Source of the DNA: Mobula hypostoma
Lineage: Eukaryota
DNA length: 64,000 bases
Assembly: GCF_963921235.1 (NCBI RefSeq)
Contig: NC_086097.1
Location: forward strand, 50,284,001 to 50,348,000
Reading direction: 5' to 3'
Under the pieces are notes generated by a model, which had not been told where the DNA came from, ran no database searches, and saw only the letters and a program-made list of their open reading frames with translations. The translations under genes were made by a program, and so were the position numbers. Numbering within the stretch: position 1 is the first letter of the stretch; each line of letters begins with the position of its first letter. Below are positions 25,548 through 38,167 of the stretch, one piece after another.

Positions 25548-26320
25548 TCTAGTCATAGTCATAGTCATACTTTATTGATCCCAGGGGAAAATTGGTTTTT
25601 GTTACAGTTGCACCATAAATAATAAATAGTAATAGAACCATAAATAGTTAAATAGTAATATGTAAAATTATGCCAGTAAATTATGAAATAGGTCCAGGAC
25701 CAGCCTATCGGCACAGGGTGTCTGACCCTCCAAGGGAGGAGTTGTAAAGTTTGATGGCCACAGGCAGGAATGACTTCCTATGAGGCTCTGTGCTGCATCT
25801 TGGAAGAATGAGTCTATGGCTGAATGTACTCCTGTGCCCACCCAATACATTATGTAGTGGATGGGAGACATTGACTAAGATGGCATGCAATTTAGACAGC
25901 ATCCTCTTCTCAGACACCACCGTGAGAGAGTCCAGTTCCATCCCCACAACATCACTGGCCTTACGAATGAGTTTGTTGATTCTGTTGGTGTCTGCTACCC
26001 TCAGCCTGCTGCCCCAGCACACAACAGCAAACATGATCGCACTGGCCACCACAGACTCGTAGAACATCCTCAGCATTGTCCGGCAGATGTTAAAGGATCT
26101 CAGTCTCCTCAGGAAATAGAGACGGCTCTGACCCTTCTTGTAGACAGCCTCAGTGTTCTTTAACCAGTCCAGTTTACTGTCAATTCCTATCTCCAGGTGT
26201 TTGTAATCCTCCACCATGTCCACATTGACCCCCTGGATGGAAACAGGGGTCACCGGTACCTTAGCTCTCCTCAGGTCTACCCCCAGCTCCTTAGTCTTTT
26301 TCACATTAAGCTGCAGATAA
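25548..26320 (-). mobile_element. Rex1/Babar-type LINE 3' fragment
   Basis: 199-aa ORF KKTKEL.VD.RR...KKGQSRLYFLRRLRSF; (tagtca)n tail at ~25550-25568. Confidence 0.88.
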
Positions 26321-28124
26321 TGTGGGGGGAATATGAGAGGTTCTCTCTTAATGGATACGATTCCTGAATGCCATGACAGAGTAGATGCAGGGATGATGTT
26401 TTCCTTGATTGGACCGTCACAGACTAGATGTCAGTCTCCAAGTAAGAGTTGACCATTTAGAACTGAGAAAAAAAGAGAATTTCTTCACCTGCACTGCAGT
26501 GAATGTGAGTCTGCCCTAAGAAGGCTCCTCAGTCTGTAAGTGAATTTAGCAGGACAGAGGTTGATTTGTTTTTGAATATTAAAGGTCGTAAAGGAATTTG
26601 GGAACAGTGCAGGGAAGTTGCACTGAAATAAAAGATTAACTTTGATCTTATTATGGCAAGGAAAGTACAAGGGCTCAAAGTCCAATTCCTTCAATTTCTC
26701 AAGTTCTGAGATATAAGTAGTGCAGAAACCTGCATTCATGTTTTTAAGTATGATCTGGCAACGCTCTTTAGATGCGCTTTGAGATTGACTTTGTTTTGAA
26801 GGGGGAAGCTGAGAGGAATATAGGGCCAAAAAGATTTTGAGAGGAATCACAGTAATTTCTTTTCTCTCAAGGTGTTCGAAAGGGAAGAAGGAAACTAAAG
26901 CACTTATGAAGTGAATTCAGTGAAAAATCTGAACATTGCCTTTCTGCAGTTGCATCTTCAGTAAGAAGCGATAATAACGATAGTCCTGGGATGACGGCGT
27001 AGACTTGTGTGCAGGATAGCACGTGGGCAGCAGAGTTTTGGATGAGCTTACGTTTTTACAGGATGACTGATGACTGAGTGAATGGAGGTCATCAGAGGAC
27101 AGCTGAAAGCATGTCTGGAGGTAACGCAAGATAGAAATAATGACTCCCGTGGTACTTGGACTCAGTTAGAGATGCAGGTGGACATTTATAGGAAGATTTT
27201 ATGGTCAAGAGGGTCTGAATTCTGACGCTGCACTGGGTTGATCAAGGTACTGAAGTTAAAAGGAATAGTTCATTCAGATCACAGCATGATCATATGTTTT
27301 CCATCCTTCACGTAAAAGGCATTGGTCTGGAATTGGAAGTTGTGGTGCTTGTATTAAATATTCAGAAGCATAATCAAATAAAATTGAAAACAGCTTCAGT
27401 CATCTGAATAAGCTCAGGAAAACCTAGAACTGCTCTCAGTAATACTTAACACTAGCTTAGGGTGTGCATTGCCTTTTCCAAGTGCTGCATGCAACATGTG
27501 ATTTGGCAAATTTTACTTGCATACTATTCTTGCTTTAAGTTGCTGAATGAAGCTCGTACCTTTAATCCCAAATGTATAATCCACTCTTTGTAAAATGGTT
27601 AAAGTATTAATTTTAAAAATAAATTCTTGTATCCCAAGCTGATAGGAAAGGAATTATCATTTCAGGTTGATCTTTGATCACAAAAGACCCGAAAAACTAA
27701 CTTTTTTTCCCTCTGTGCTCAGATGTTACCTGACTTACTAAACATTGAGTGGCTTGTTTTTTTTTTACTTTAGATTTCCAGAACCAGTATTTATTTTTTC
27801 TCTCTGGTTTGGTATCCAGGGATTCTGCAATCTAATTTGATCTTGGTATACTGCCTTACTTGAGATTAATTGTTATTATGCATATTTGTTCATGGCTCAA
27901 AATTGGGGCCACTGCAGCTTTTATAGACCATATCTCAGATGAGCAGAATGATACCATAAAGGGTTGAAAGGCTCTTTTGATAGAACACTGGAAGTGAAAT
28001 CCTTGAATTGATTAAAATTTTGCAAACTAGTGACTTCAGGATCCTCAAATGAATTAACATGGCACCCTTGGTAGTGATGATGTTTTAAGTGAATACAGAG
28101 TGCCCAATTTCATTATTTCCTTAG

Positions 28125-28276
28125 GTTGATGCAAGGAATCTCATCGAAAACATTTTCCAGAACTCTTTTCCTTCTCAACCTATAAAACATGGATTTGAAG
28201 ATTTTCCTGCGCTGGAGAAGTCTCTTGAGATGAACGGGGAAGGATGTGATCCAATTAAAGCAATGGAATCAACAAG
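28125..28276 (+). CDS. CLBA1: CLBA1-like coding exon 2 (VDARNLIENIFQNSFPSQPIKHGFEDFPALEKSLEM...EST)
   Basis: atttccttag| acceptor, AG|gtaatt donor, open frame, phase 0 to 2. Resembles the ENILKCAF...EDVSTIDHFLE segment of CLBA1 as I recall it. Confidence 0.8.
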
Positions 28277-28564
28277 GTAATTTCTACTATTAAATTAAAT
28301 GAGTTCTCTCATGCCTAACACGTGTCTGAAGTAGAAGTTAATACTACTGCATTGATTTTTTTTCATTAAAGGCCAAACAAAGTTTTGTGAGTTGAACTGC
28401 AAAACTTGGGCACATTTTCAGGCAGGGTTTAGCTGCCTTCTAATGCATTTCAAACACAATATAGATAATAGACATAGGAGCAGAATTAGGTCATTCAGCC
28501 CATCAAGTCTGTTCCAACATTCGATTATGCCTGATTTATTTTCCCCTTCAATGTCTGTTTTTTT

Positions 28565-28842
28565 TGTCGTGTGCGTCTGTGCATGCGCAATGTTGGCGGG
28601 ATCATGTCTTTTTCATGCCTTTACAAGGCGCGGAGCGAGAGAGACAGACTGTGTGACACACCATTTCTCACACAGACATTTCGCAGTATTTTTCCCTTTA
28701 TTTTACGAGGTCGAGTTGCGATCTGGACACTCAGCCCAGCATGGATGGAAAGCGTACTCGGGAGCAGACCCAGCAGGGCTCAAACCTGGGAGCCTCTGTT
28801 CCAGAGTCTGGAGCTGATGTCATTGCTCCACCAGCCGGCCCT
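28565..28842 (-). mobile_element. tRNA-headed SINE inserted in an old CR1 remnant
   Basis: Minus strand ggccggctggtggagcaatg (A box) ... ggtttgagcc (B box). Central module cgctttccatccatgctggg shared with 35240-35430. Confidence 0.7.
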
Positions 28843-31352
28843 TTCCCTTTCAGTTTCATTCTCCTGCCTCCTCCCTGTAACCTTTGACCTCCATACCTAC
28901 CAACCTCCACAGCCGTCTGTGGTAATGAATTCCACAGATTCACCAACTTCTAATGATATTTCTCCTCTTTTCTGCTCTAAAGGATTGTGTTTATATTCTG
29001 AATCTGTGCTCTCTGGTCCTAGACTCTCCAACTATTGAAAATATACTTTCCAAATCTGCTCTGTCTAGGCCTTTCAATATTTGGTAGGTTTCAATGAAAC
29101 CATCTCATTCTTCTAAACTCAGTTGAACACAGAGCCGTCAACGCTCACTTTTCAGTCCTGGGATCACTGGATCAAAATGGTGATCATCAAGTCACTGCAG
29201 AAGTGTAGCTAACAAAGGCTGAGATAACAATTATTACCAGACCTCCTTCAAACCAAGGCCTTAACGGACTGAATGAAGTGTTCAGCAGACCCAAGTGGTG
29301 CTCTTTGGTCACTCCAAAATCGCTTTCCAACAATTGGAGATTTTGAAGGTTGAAGTTTCTTCTTCACAATCTAAAAGCCAAAGTGTTAGCTAACCCAGAT
29401 TAACTCACTGGTTAAGGAAAGTGCAGTATCATAATGTAGTTCTTATCAGAGCTTTCATCTGTCAAATTGACAGTTAATGCAGAATTGCTTGAGGACACAA
29501 GATAAAATAGAGCATGTTAAACTCTCTGTTTAATTGTATTAGGTAACTGCATGGCTCACTCAATCCAGGACAGCTTGTCACCTAAAGCTACAAATACAAA
29601 CCACCTTTGATCACAATCTACTCTAGTTAAGAGTAAAATTCGTCTGCAATCTTTGTTTCAATTTTCTACATTCTAAATGTTGTTAGTATTAGTATTTATG
29701 AAAAACTTGGTTTAGCTGATTTTGAAACGTGTAAAATCCAGCCCCTCAGCATTCTAAAAGCAGAACTTATCCAGAATAGGCAATAGAATGTCTTTGAGCA
29801 CTTGATGGGTTTTTTAACATTATATTTCTCTGCTGTGATGTGGACTAAGAAATGGCAAGAGAAAGCAAGTTTATGTTGATTTGGATAAGGGCATAGTGAA
29901 GTGAATTCTGAGACAACAGCAACGTCACAGTCCTCGTCAGAAGTTCCAGCACTTTTGGGCAGCACAAAGAAAAGGCTATGTGCAATTCTTGGACTTTGCT
30001 AGTTTTTAATTTACTTGTATCTTCCAAGAGATTGTGTGTCTTTTCTGTGTGCAAAATTGGGGATCATGTTGCAGACATGCATAAAGTAGGTTCATGTAAC
30101 GGGTATAAATGAATTGGCTGTTGTTTCCTTAGTCATTTTTTCCACACGCCTGCATCTAAACTGCTTCTAGTTTATTCTTAGGCATATTTTGGAAAATAGC
30201 TCTCTGCAGAAAGCCTTGCAAACAAAGCTGGAATGTGATTTGTATCCAAAGGGTAGGTTGTCTGAATGAAACAGTGATTATGTACTTATGTATTTAGTTC
30301 AATCGGCAACCTCCCTGACGAGCCAGGGCCCGAAAGGAGGGTGGAGAAATACCTTGGATAAGAGCAGACAAACCAGAATGGGGAGATTGTCTAAATCCCT
30401 TAAAATCTCAGCAGAGAGAAGAGTGCGATAGCAAAGTTCTTTCAGTTTCATTGCCCCTTACATAAGTTTGACCAAAATAAAGAAACCTTGGGAGTGGCCT
30501 GAATGTCAGGCACCAGTGTAGCTGCTGTAATACCAGCTACGACCTTAAAGTACAAAATGTAAATGTGAAAAAGAAAAATAGAGAAAATGAGAGAAGCAAA
30601 CACAAAGTTAAGGGAGAAGCAGTGAAAATTGGTGGGGTTAGTGCAGATAGGAAATGCGAGATTTTATTGACCTCCTTGGCCAAAGGGAAGTTGAGAGGCT
30701 GGCAGCTTTTCTCTGTTGGGATCCTGCTCGCTAAAGCTTGAAAATTACCAATTTTATTTTGGAAAAAATGTTTAGTTCAAACAGCATTTGGTTTGAGTGA
30801 ATTGGAAACCAGGACATATGTTGCCCATGTGGCACCCTTCCTATGACATAGTGGGTGCTTGTGATTGTAACTTGCACTAAAGGCTAAAATTTTGCTATTG
30901 TTGTATAAAATTGCATCACTATTCTTGTGTCAGAAAGATCTTGAAGTTATTCTGTGACACCTCACCACCCCTGATCTTTGTGGTAAAACTTAAATCATCT
31001 TGACTCCTGAGTGAAAGTATTTCCTTCTGTTCTCTTAACTGTCTAACCTTTGTTTTACAAAATCCTCAGCTACTGACATTAAGTAATATATTTATGCTCT
31101 ATGTTCATTTTCTGAAATGCTAGCTCTGTTGGTATCAGTGGAAAGAAAATCAGAATCCAAGTGCAATGCCCAGCGTGGATAGTCGAAGGGGCGACAGATG
31201 AAATTGTACTTCCCGATTTTTTTTCTCCCCTGTAATTATAAAAGAGCTCTTTCTGTTCCATACATGAAAAGCACTTTCAATGAAAGCAAGCAACACACAT
31301 CAAAGTCGCTGGTGAACACAGCAGGCCAAGCAGCATCTGTAGGAAGAGGTGC

Positions 31353-31388
31353 AGTCGACGTTTCAGGCCGAGACCCTTCGTCAGGACT
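31353..31388 (-). ncRNA. Minimal type I hammerhead ribozyme in Penelope pLTR (left arm)
   Basis: Reverse complement reads agtc CTGACGA agg-gtctcgg-cct GAAA c GTC gact. Confidence 0.8.
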
Positions 31389-31682
31389 AACTGAAGGAAG
31401 AGTGAGTAAGGGATTTGAAAGTTGGAGGGGGAGGGGGAGATCCAAAATGATAGGAGAAGACAGGAGGGGGAGGGATGGAGCCAAGAGCTGGACAGGTGAT
31501 TGGCAAAAGGGGATATGAGAGGATCATGGGACAGGAGGTCCGGGAAGAAAGACAGGGGCGGGGGGACCCAGAGGATGGGCAAGAGGTATATTCAGAGGGA
31601 CAGAGGGAGAAAAAGGAGAGTGAGAGAAAGAATGTGTGCATAAAAATAAGTAACAGATGGGGTACGAGGGGGAGGTGGGGCA

Positions 31683-32009
31683 TTAGCGGAAGTTAGAGAA
31701 GTCGATGTTCATGCCATCAGGTTGGAGGCTACCCAGACAGAATATAAGGTGTTGTTCCTCCAACCTGAGTGTGGCTTCATCTTTACTGTAGAGGAAGCCG
31801 TGGATAGACATGTCAGAATGGGAATGGGATGTGGAATTAAAATGTGTGGCCACTGGGAGATCCTGCTTTCTCTGGCGGACAGAGCGTAGGTGTTCGGCAA
31901 AACAGTCTCCCAGTCTGCGTCGGGTCTCGCCAATATATAAAAGGCCACATCGGGAGCACTGGACGCAGTATATCACCCCAGTCAACTCACAGGTGAAGTG
32001 TTGCCTCAC
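31683..32009 (-). pseudogene. Penelope GIY-YIG endonuclease domain
   Basis: GVIYCVQCSRCGLLYIGET.RRL...EH...VATHF...E.HL...GMN; mirrored on + at ~34380-34708. Confidence 0.9.
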
Positions 32010-33040
32010 CTGGAAGGACTGTTTGGGGCCCTGAATGGTGATAAGGGAGGAAGTGTAAGGGCATGTGTAGCACTTGTTCCGCTTACACGGATAAGTGCCA
32101 GGAGGGAGATCAGTGGGGAGGGATGGGGGGGACGAATGGACAAGGGAGTTGTGTAGGGAGCGATCCCTGCGGAATGCAGGGGGGGGGTGGGAAAGATGTG
32201 CTTAGTGGTGGGATCCCGTTGGAGGTGGCGGAAGTTACGGAGAATAATATGTTGGACCCGGAGGCTGGTGGGGTGGTAGGTGAGGACCAGGGGAACCCTA
32301 TTCCTAGTGGGGTGGTGGGAGGATGGAGTGAGAGCAGATGTACGTGAAATGGGGGAGATGCGTTTAAGAGCAGAGTTGATAGTGGAGGAAGGGAAGCCCC
32401 TTTCTTTAAAAAAGGAAGACATCTCCCTCGTCCTAGAATGAAAAGCCTCATCCTGAGAGCAGATGCGGCGGAGACGGAGGAATTGCGAGAAGGGGATGGC
32501 GTTTTTGCAAGAGACAGGGTGAGAAGAGGAATAGTCCAGATAGCTGTGAGAGTCAGTAGGCTTATAGTAGACATCAGTGGATAAGCTGTCTCCAGAGACA
32601 GAGACAGAAAGATCTAGAAAGGGGAGGGAGGTGTCGGAAATGGACCAGGTAAACTTGAGGGCAGGGTGAAAGTTGGAGGCAAAGTTAATAAAGTCAACGA
32701 GTTCTGCATGCGTGCAGGAAGCAGCGCCAATGCAGTCGTCGATGTAGCGAAGGAAAAGTGGGGGACAGATACCAGAATAGGTGCGGAACATAGATTGTTC
32801 CACAAACCCAACAAAAAGGCAGGCATAGCTAGGACCCATACGGGTGCCCATAGCTACTCCTTTAGTTTGGATGAAGTGGGAGGAGCCAAAGGAGAAATTA
32901 TTAAGAGTAAGGACTAATTCCGCTAGACAGAGCAGAGTGGTGGTAGAGGGGAACTGATTGGGTCTGGAATCCAAAAAGAAGCGTAGAGCTTTGAGACCAT
33001 CCTGATGGGGGATGGAAGTATATAAGGACTGGACATCCAT
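32006..33040 (-). pseudogene. Penelope-type reverse transcriptase core (frameshifted polyprotein segment)
   Basis: Motifs DVQSLYTSI, QTKGVAMGTRMGPSYA, FLRYIDD, LPFLD, YYKPT. Flanking domains lie in other frames. Confidence 0.9.
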
Positions 33041-35001
33041 GGTGAAAATAAAGCGGTGGGGGCCAGGGAACTTAAAATCATCGAAAAGTTTAAGAGCGTG
33101 AGAAGTGTCACGATCATAGGTCGGAAGGGATTGAACAAGGGGTGATAAAGCAGTGTCGAGGTATGCAGAAATGAGTTCGGTGGGGCAGGAGCAAGCTGAG
33201 ACAATAGGTCGTCCAGGACAGGCAGGTTTGTGGATCTTGGGTAGGAGGTAGAAACGGGAAGTGCGGGGTGTGGGAACTATAAGGTTGGTAGCAGTGGATG
33301 GGAGATCCCCTGAGCGGATAAAGTCGGTGATGGTGTGAGAGACAATGGCCTGGTGCTCCTTAGTGGGGTCACGATCGAGGGGTAAATAAGAGGAGGTATC
33401 CGCGAGTTGTCGCTGTGAGGTCAGTACGCCAGACTACAACAGCACCCCCTTATCGGCAGGTTTAATAATGTTAGGATTAGTGCGGAGGGAGTGGAGAGCA
33501 GAGCGTTCCGAAGGAGTGAGGTTGGAATGGGGACAACGTGCAGTAAAGTCGAGATGGTTGATGTCCCGTCGGCAGTTAGCGATAAAGAGATCCAGAGCAG
33601 GCAGAAGACCAGAGCGGGGTGTCCATGAAGAAGAGGAGGGTTGAAGACGGGAGAAAGGGTCATCGGTGGGGGTGGAAGAGTCCTTGCCGAAGAAGTAGGC
33701 TCGGAGACGGAGACGGCGGAAGAAAAGTTCCGCATCGTGGCGAACACGGAACTCGCTGAGGTGTGGGCGAAGGGGGACAAAGGTGAGGCCCTTACTGAGG
33801 ACAGAGCGTTCTGCCTCCAACAGTTGAAGGTCGGAGGGGATGGTAAAGACCCGGCACGGATGAGAGCTGGGATCAGAGGGGGGAGGCTGGGGGTGTCAGT
33901 GGAGAGGGGAGGGTTGGGGTGAGAGGAAGATGGAGCCTCTGAGGGCCCAGGAGTTGACGGTGGGATCTGAGGAAGACGGGGCTGCGGAGTGGTGGTGAGG
34001 GAAGGGGAGACGGGAGTCACAACAGCAGCACATAAAGACCCGGCCTGGAGTTCAAGGCTAGAGTTGCAGTTGGTGGTTGCACAATCGCTGTGAAGGTGTC
34101 CATGGTCGTTGCTGGAGTCCGGGTTTTGAATATGCCCTGAGGTGTTGGAGCCGCCGAGATCAATGGCAGGGGCCGCAATCTGAAGTTCATGCCTGCTAGC
34201 GTCGGGGACGGCAGGCTCTGGAGTCCGTAGATGTAGGATCTTGCCATTCGTCCATTCGTCCCCCCCATCTCTCCCCACTGATCTCCCTCCTGGCACTTAT
34301 CCGTGTAAGCGGAACAAGTGCTACACATGCCCTTACACTTCCTCCCTTACCACCATTCAGGGCCCCAAACAGTCCTTCCAGGTGAGGCAACACTTCACCT
34401 GTGAGTCGACTGGGGTGATATACTGCGTCCGGTGCTCCTGATGTGGCCTTTTATATATAGGCGAGACCCGACGCAGACTGGGAGACCACTTTGCTGAACA
34501 TCTACACTCTGTCCGCCAGAGAAAGCAGGATCTCCCAGTGGCCACACATTTTAATTCCACATCCCATTCCCATTCTGACATGTCTATCCACGGCCTCCTC
34601 TACTGTAAAGATGAAGCCACACTCAGGTTGGAGGAACAACACCTTATATTCCCTCTGGGTAGTCTCCAACCTGATGGCATGAACATCGACTTCTCTAACT
34701 TCCGCTAATGCCCCACCTCCCCCTCGTACCCCATCTGTTACTTATTTTTATGCACACATTCTTTCTCTCACTCTCCTTTTTCTCCCTCTGTCCCTCTGAA
34801 TATACCTCTTGCCCATCCTCTGGGTCCCCCCCACCTGTCTTTCTTCCCGGACCTCCTGTCCCATGATCCTCTCATATCCCCTTTTGCCTATCACCTGTCC
34901 AGCTCTCGGCTCCATCCCTCCCCCTCCTGTCTTCTCCTATCATTTTGGATCTCCCCCTCCCCCTCCAACTTTCAAATCCCTTACTCACTCTTCCTTCAGT
35001 T

Positions 35002-35037
35002 AGTCCTGACGAAGGGTCTCGGCCTGAAACGTCGACT
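35002..35037 (+). ncRNA. Minimal type I hammerhead ribozyme in Penelope pLTR (right arm)
   Basis: Stem I agtc/gact, core CUGACGA (35006-35012), stem II agg/cct, GAAA (35026-35029), palindromic ACGU stem III, GUC cleavage triplet (35031-35033). Confidence 0.82.
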
Positions 35038-35239
35038 GCACCTCTTCCTACAGATGCTGCTTGGCCTGCTGCGTTCACCAGCAACTTTGATGTGTGTTGC
35101 TTGTATTTCCAGCATCTGCAGAATTCCTGTTGTTTGCGTTTAAATTCAATGAAAGCAAAATAGGATTGAAAGTTATACTTAAAGGGGAAAAGAAATGGAA
35201 AGGTACATTGCATCCGGAGTTTCTCCAGTTAGTAGACAA

Positions 35240-35430
35240 TTTCCCTCCACGCCTCTCTGACATAGTGGGGAATCGTGTACAAGGCAAGTTACAGCAGTGG
35301 TTTGCCGTTGCCTTCTGCCTGCTGAGTTTCCAAAGAGATCACCAGCTCGTAACCCAGCATGGATGGAAAGCGTGCAGGGGAGCCGGCTGGATTCGAAGTC
35401 CGGCACTGCTGCCAGAACGCCACCAGTCAC
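35240..35430 (-). mobile_element. SINE remnant
   Basis: Degenerate tRNA head (ttcgaatcc), module cgctttccatccatgctggg, then gaaggcaacggcaaaccactgc motif also seen at ~61535-61560. Confidence 0.6.
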
Positions 35431-36465
35431 TTACAGGGGATGAAGTGCAAATCTACCTGAGTTCTGAAATGTGCACTAAAATCGTACTGTGTTGATCTAA
35501 ACTTTGCATATTATAGAATAATATTGCCAATCCAAATGTGACATGTATACATTGACCAGTTTGGAACTGCATATGATGCAGCCCATCAGCAGTCCAATCT
35601 GTTATCATAACTATAAGGACAATGGCCTGTTGTTGTTTTTTTTGGGGGGGGTGGTTGTGGAACATTTTTCACAATTACACTTAAGTTTTATTTTCAGTCC
35701 ATTTTTTAGTCTGGCTGTCAATGCTGCTAATGCCCTTTCATTGCCATTCTGAGAAGGTGGTGGTGGCTCTGGGCTGCTTTGAGTTGCATGTTGGGAATTC
35801 CAGAATTTTGACCTTTCTGACAGGATGTGTCCATGGCAAAACTTTGAGCTGTGAAAAGGTAGCTTGTGTTAAGGTTAAAGAAACAATGCTGTCATCAGTT
35901 GGATGTGAATTTATTTCTCTACCGATTTCTCCAAACTTTGAAATGTATCCATGCTCTGCTTGTGTCTGGTTTCTACTAATTTCTATCCCTGTTTCAACCT
36001 TGGCCTCTCTCCTTGTTTCTCTCGGCTCCTACTGTGTTGTTATTAATTCATTTCTCAACAGGTGTTCCTAACCTGTGGAGATTTTTGTAATAGTACATTG
36101 CAACATCTAACATCAAAGCCTGACAATCCCATTTGCTCTGCAGTAGGCCACTACTCACAGTTAAAGATACTATACAATGCTTCTTCCACAGGCTCTTCGT
36201 GGACATGCTGTTTCCAGATCTCTTGCGTACTTGGGAAATGTGCAGTATCATGTTTCATCTCTCATGATTTTTGTACAGCAAATTTAATTGAGGATTTTTA
36301 TAACAGCCAGCCTTGGATCTAAATCATTAGCTGCACAAATTGAGCATTAAACATTTACATGTGTTACTTGTTAATAGGAATTTTAAATATGCTATTGCTG
36401 TACAATATATTTTGTGTGCAAGCCATTTGTGTACCACTTGTTCTTAATTTCTTGTTTTCCTTCAG

Positions 36466-36592
36466 TTATGAATTTGCCAATGCATTGGAAGAACTTCAGG
36501 ATCTAAACAAAGTCTGCTTAAAATCATCCTGGAAAGTATCACATTCTCGGGAGAAGCTGTTATCTACACTGGGAATTGATCAAAGTCAAAAG
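36466..36592 (+). CDS. CLBA1: CLBA1-like coding exon 3 (YEFANALEELQDLNKVCLKSSWKVSHSREKLLSTLGIDQSQK)
   Basis: ttgttttccttcag| acceptor in phase 2 matching exon 2. The W..SHS..KLL..LGID motif is characteristic of the aftiphilin/CLBA1 conserved domain. Ends at AAG|gcaagg (GC donor). Confidence 0.85.
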
Positions 36593-38167
36593 GCAAGGCA
36601 TATTGTGCATTTTATTTATACGGTATATTGTACCATTACTTTCAGTTGACAGCTCAATTATCAGATCGCCTTTGGGTGGATGTAAATGAGGAGTGAAATG
36701 AAAAAAGAACCCATTGCACATTTAAAATCATGGTACAATATGATGATCCAAAATGATTGGTGATGTTTAATTTCAAAATGGCTGCAAGAATTATTACATC
36801 AGAGGTTTTCAAAGTGACAACCAGAGGAAAAGGTTGACATGTGTCTGTTTATAATATAGGCTCTATATGTGTAAGAAGGTTCATTAAAATCAGTACTTTT
36901 ATTTGATGTAACATGCACTTTTGTCGTCATGACTTTGCAAAGTAAGCAATAGGAACGTGATTGCAATAGCAATGTGGGAAAGTGTACAATTTAGCTTCTA
37001 CATTAAATATTGAGATAAATGGCCAGATAATCAACAACATTAACTTTGATTAAGAGGCGCATTATTGGCTACCAAACCAGGAGAAGCCCCACACAAGCTG
37101 TGATCTTTTGTCTGCACCAGAACTTTTATTTAATGTAATTTAATCTAAAAACAGTGAGTCTTAATACAGAGAGTATACTTGGAGTACTTGAAAGCACAAC
37201 ATTGAATTTGAGTAAGGCTTCTATTGAAACAAGTTCTAGTTATTGAAAAACAATGTGTTCCCATTTTTCCATTCCATGTACTTGGCTGTTATAATGGATT
37301 CCAAACCTTGCCACTTGCAAAGCTACGTGTACTTCTCAACAGCTAATTATTAAAGATAAATATACTGTTGGAGCTATGTACTGCCAATTTGAAAGGTGAA
37401 AAATCAGTTACGTAAGAAATTAAAAGGGCTGTTGTACACAAACAGAAAACTGAATGTTAAAGTAACTGGGAGATACAATCTTACTGATTCTTAAAGGTAC
37501 ATACACTAGAGCTAAACATGAAAGTTGATGTTGGGTATAACACTCTGAGAGCTTATTGAGATTTAACTATCATTATTACTTTTGCAAGAACAACTTTATT
37601 TTACAAAATAGCACAATGTTTTTTTTCTTTTGGGTCATTTGCAGTGTCCTGAAGCAGGTGGGACAATGCTGAAGGGATCCTCATGTTGCAGCTGCATGTT
37701 ACAGAAACCTTAAATGTCTTGAGGCTTACACCAACACACGGGGAGGTGTATAGCTATTCCGTTGTCTTTGCCTGTTTTGGAATAAGATTTAGTACACTTA
37801 TCAGTCTGAGCAATAAAGACAAAGCAAAGAAAAGCTGGACAGGGTCGGATAGGAGCACTTTTTCTGTTCATCCATTTGCGTATATGAACTTGAATTACTT
37901 GTATTTGTTTTCCTCAGTATGCTAGCTTTGTGAACAGATTTGGTCATTTGAAGATGCCTTTGCACTAAGGTAAAAATGATATAATTCTGAACAGGGTTTA
38001 AATATTTAAATTAAAGATTGGTAGGAAGAATAAAGGTGTAGACTGTTTTCTAAATGCAAGAGAAAAATGAGAAATTGGAGGTGCCAGGGGACTTGATGAA
38101 GGGTCTTGGCTCGAAACAACTGTTCGTTATCCTCCTTGTGCTGCCTGACCTGCTGAGTTCTTCCAGC

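Larger units (their letters stand above)
31290..35144 (-). mobile_element. Penelope-like retroelement with inverted terminal arms
   Basis: Minus-strand N-terminal domain (LSKGLTFVP), RT (MDVQSLYTSIP, GVAMG, LRYIDD) and GIY-YIG endonuclease. Plus-strand second copy of the 3' ~850 bp. 14-bp TSD ttcaatgaaagcaa at 31276-31289 and 35145-35158. Confidence 0.95.

Noticed and set aside
30309..30341. Hammerhead-like string cctcc CTGACGA gccagggccc GAAA ggagg in unique intronic DNA
   Set aside because: No stem III or NUH cleavage triplet between GAAA and the closing helix, and stem II pairing is out of register; probably chance.
33421..34296. 291-aa Pro/Ser-rich ORF on the minus strand
   Set aside because: Crosses the Penelope inversion junction and shifts frame relative to the true N-terminal domain; a composite TE reading, not a host gene.
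37683..37925. ORF MLQLHVTETLNVLRLTPTHGE as a possible coding exon of the gene
   Set aside because: Frame is incompatible with the phase-0 donor of exon 3 and has an upstream in-frame TGA; exon 47241 fits homology better.
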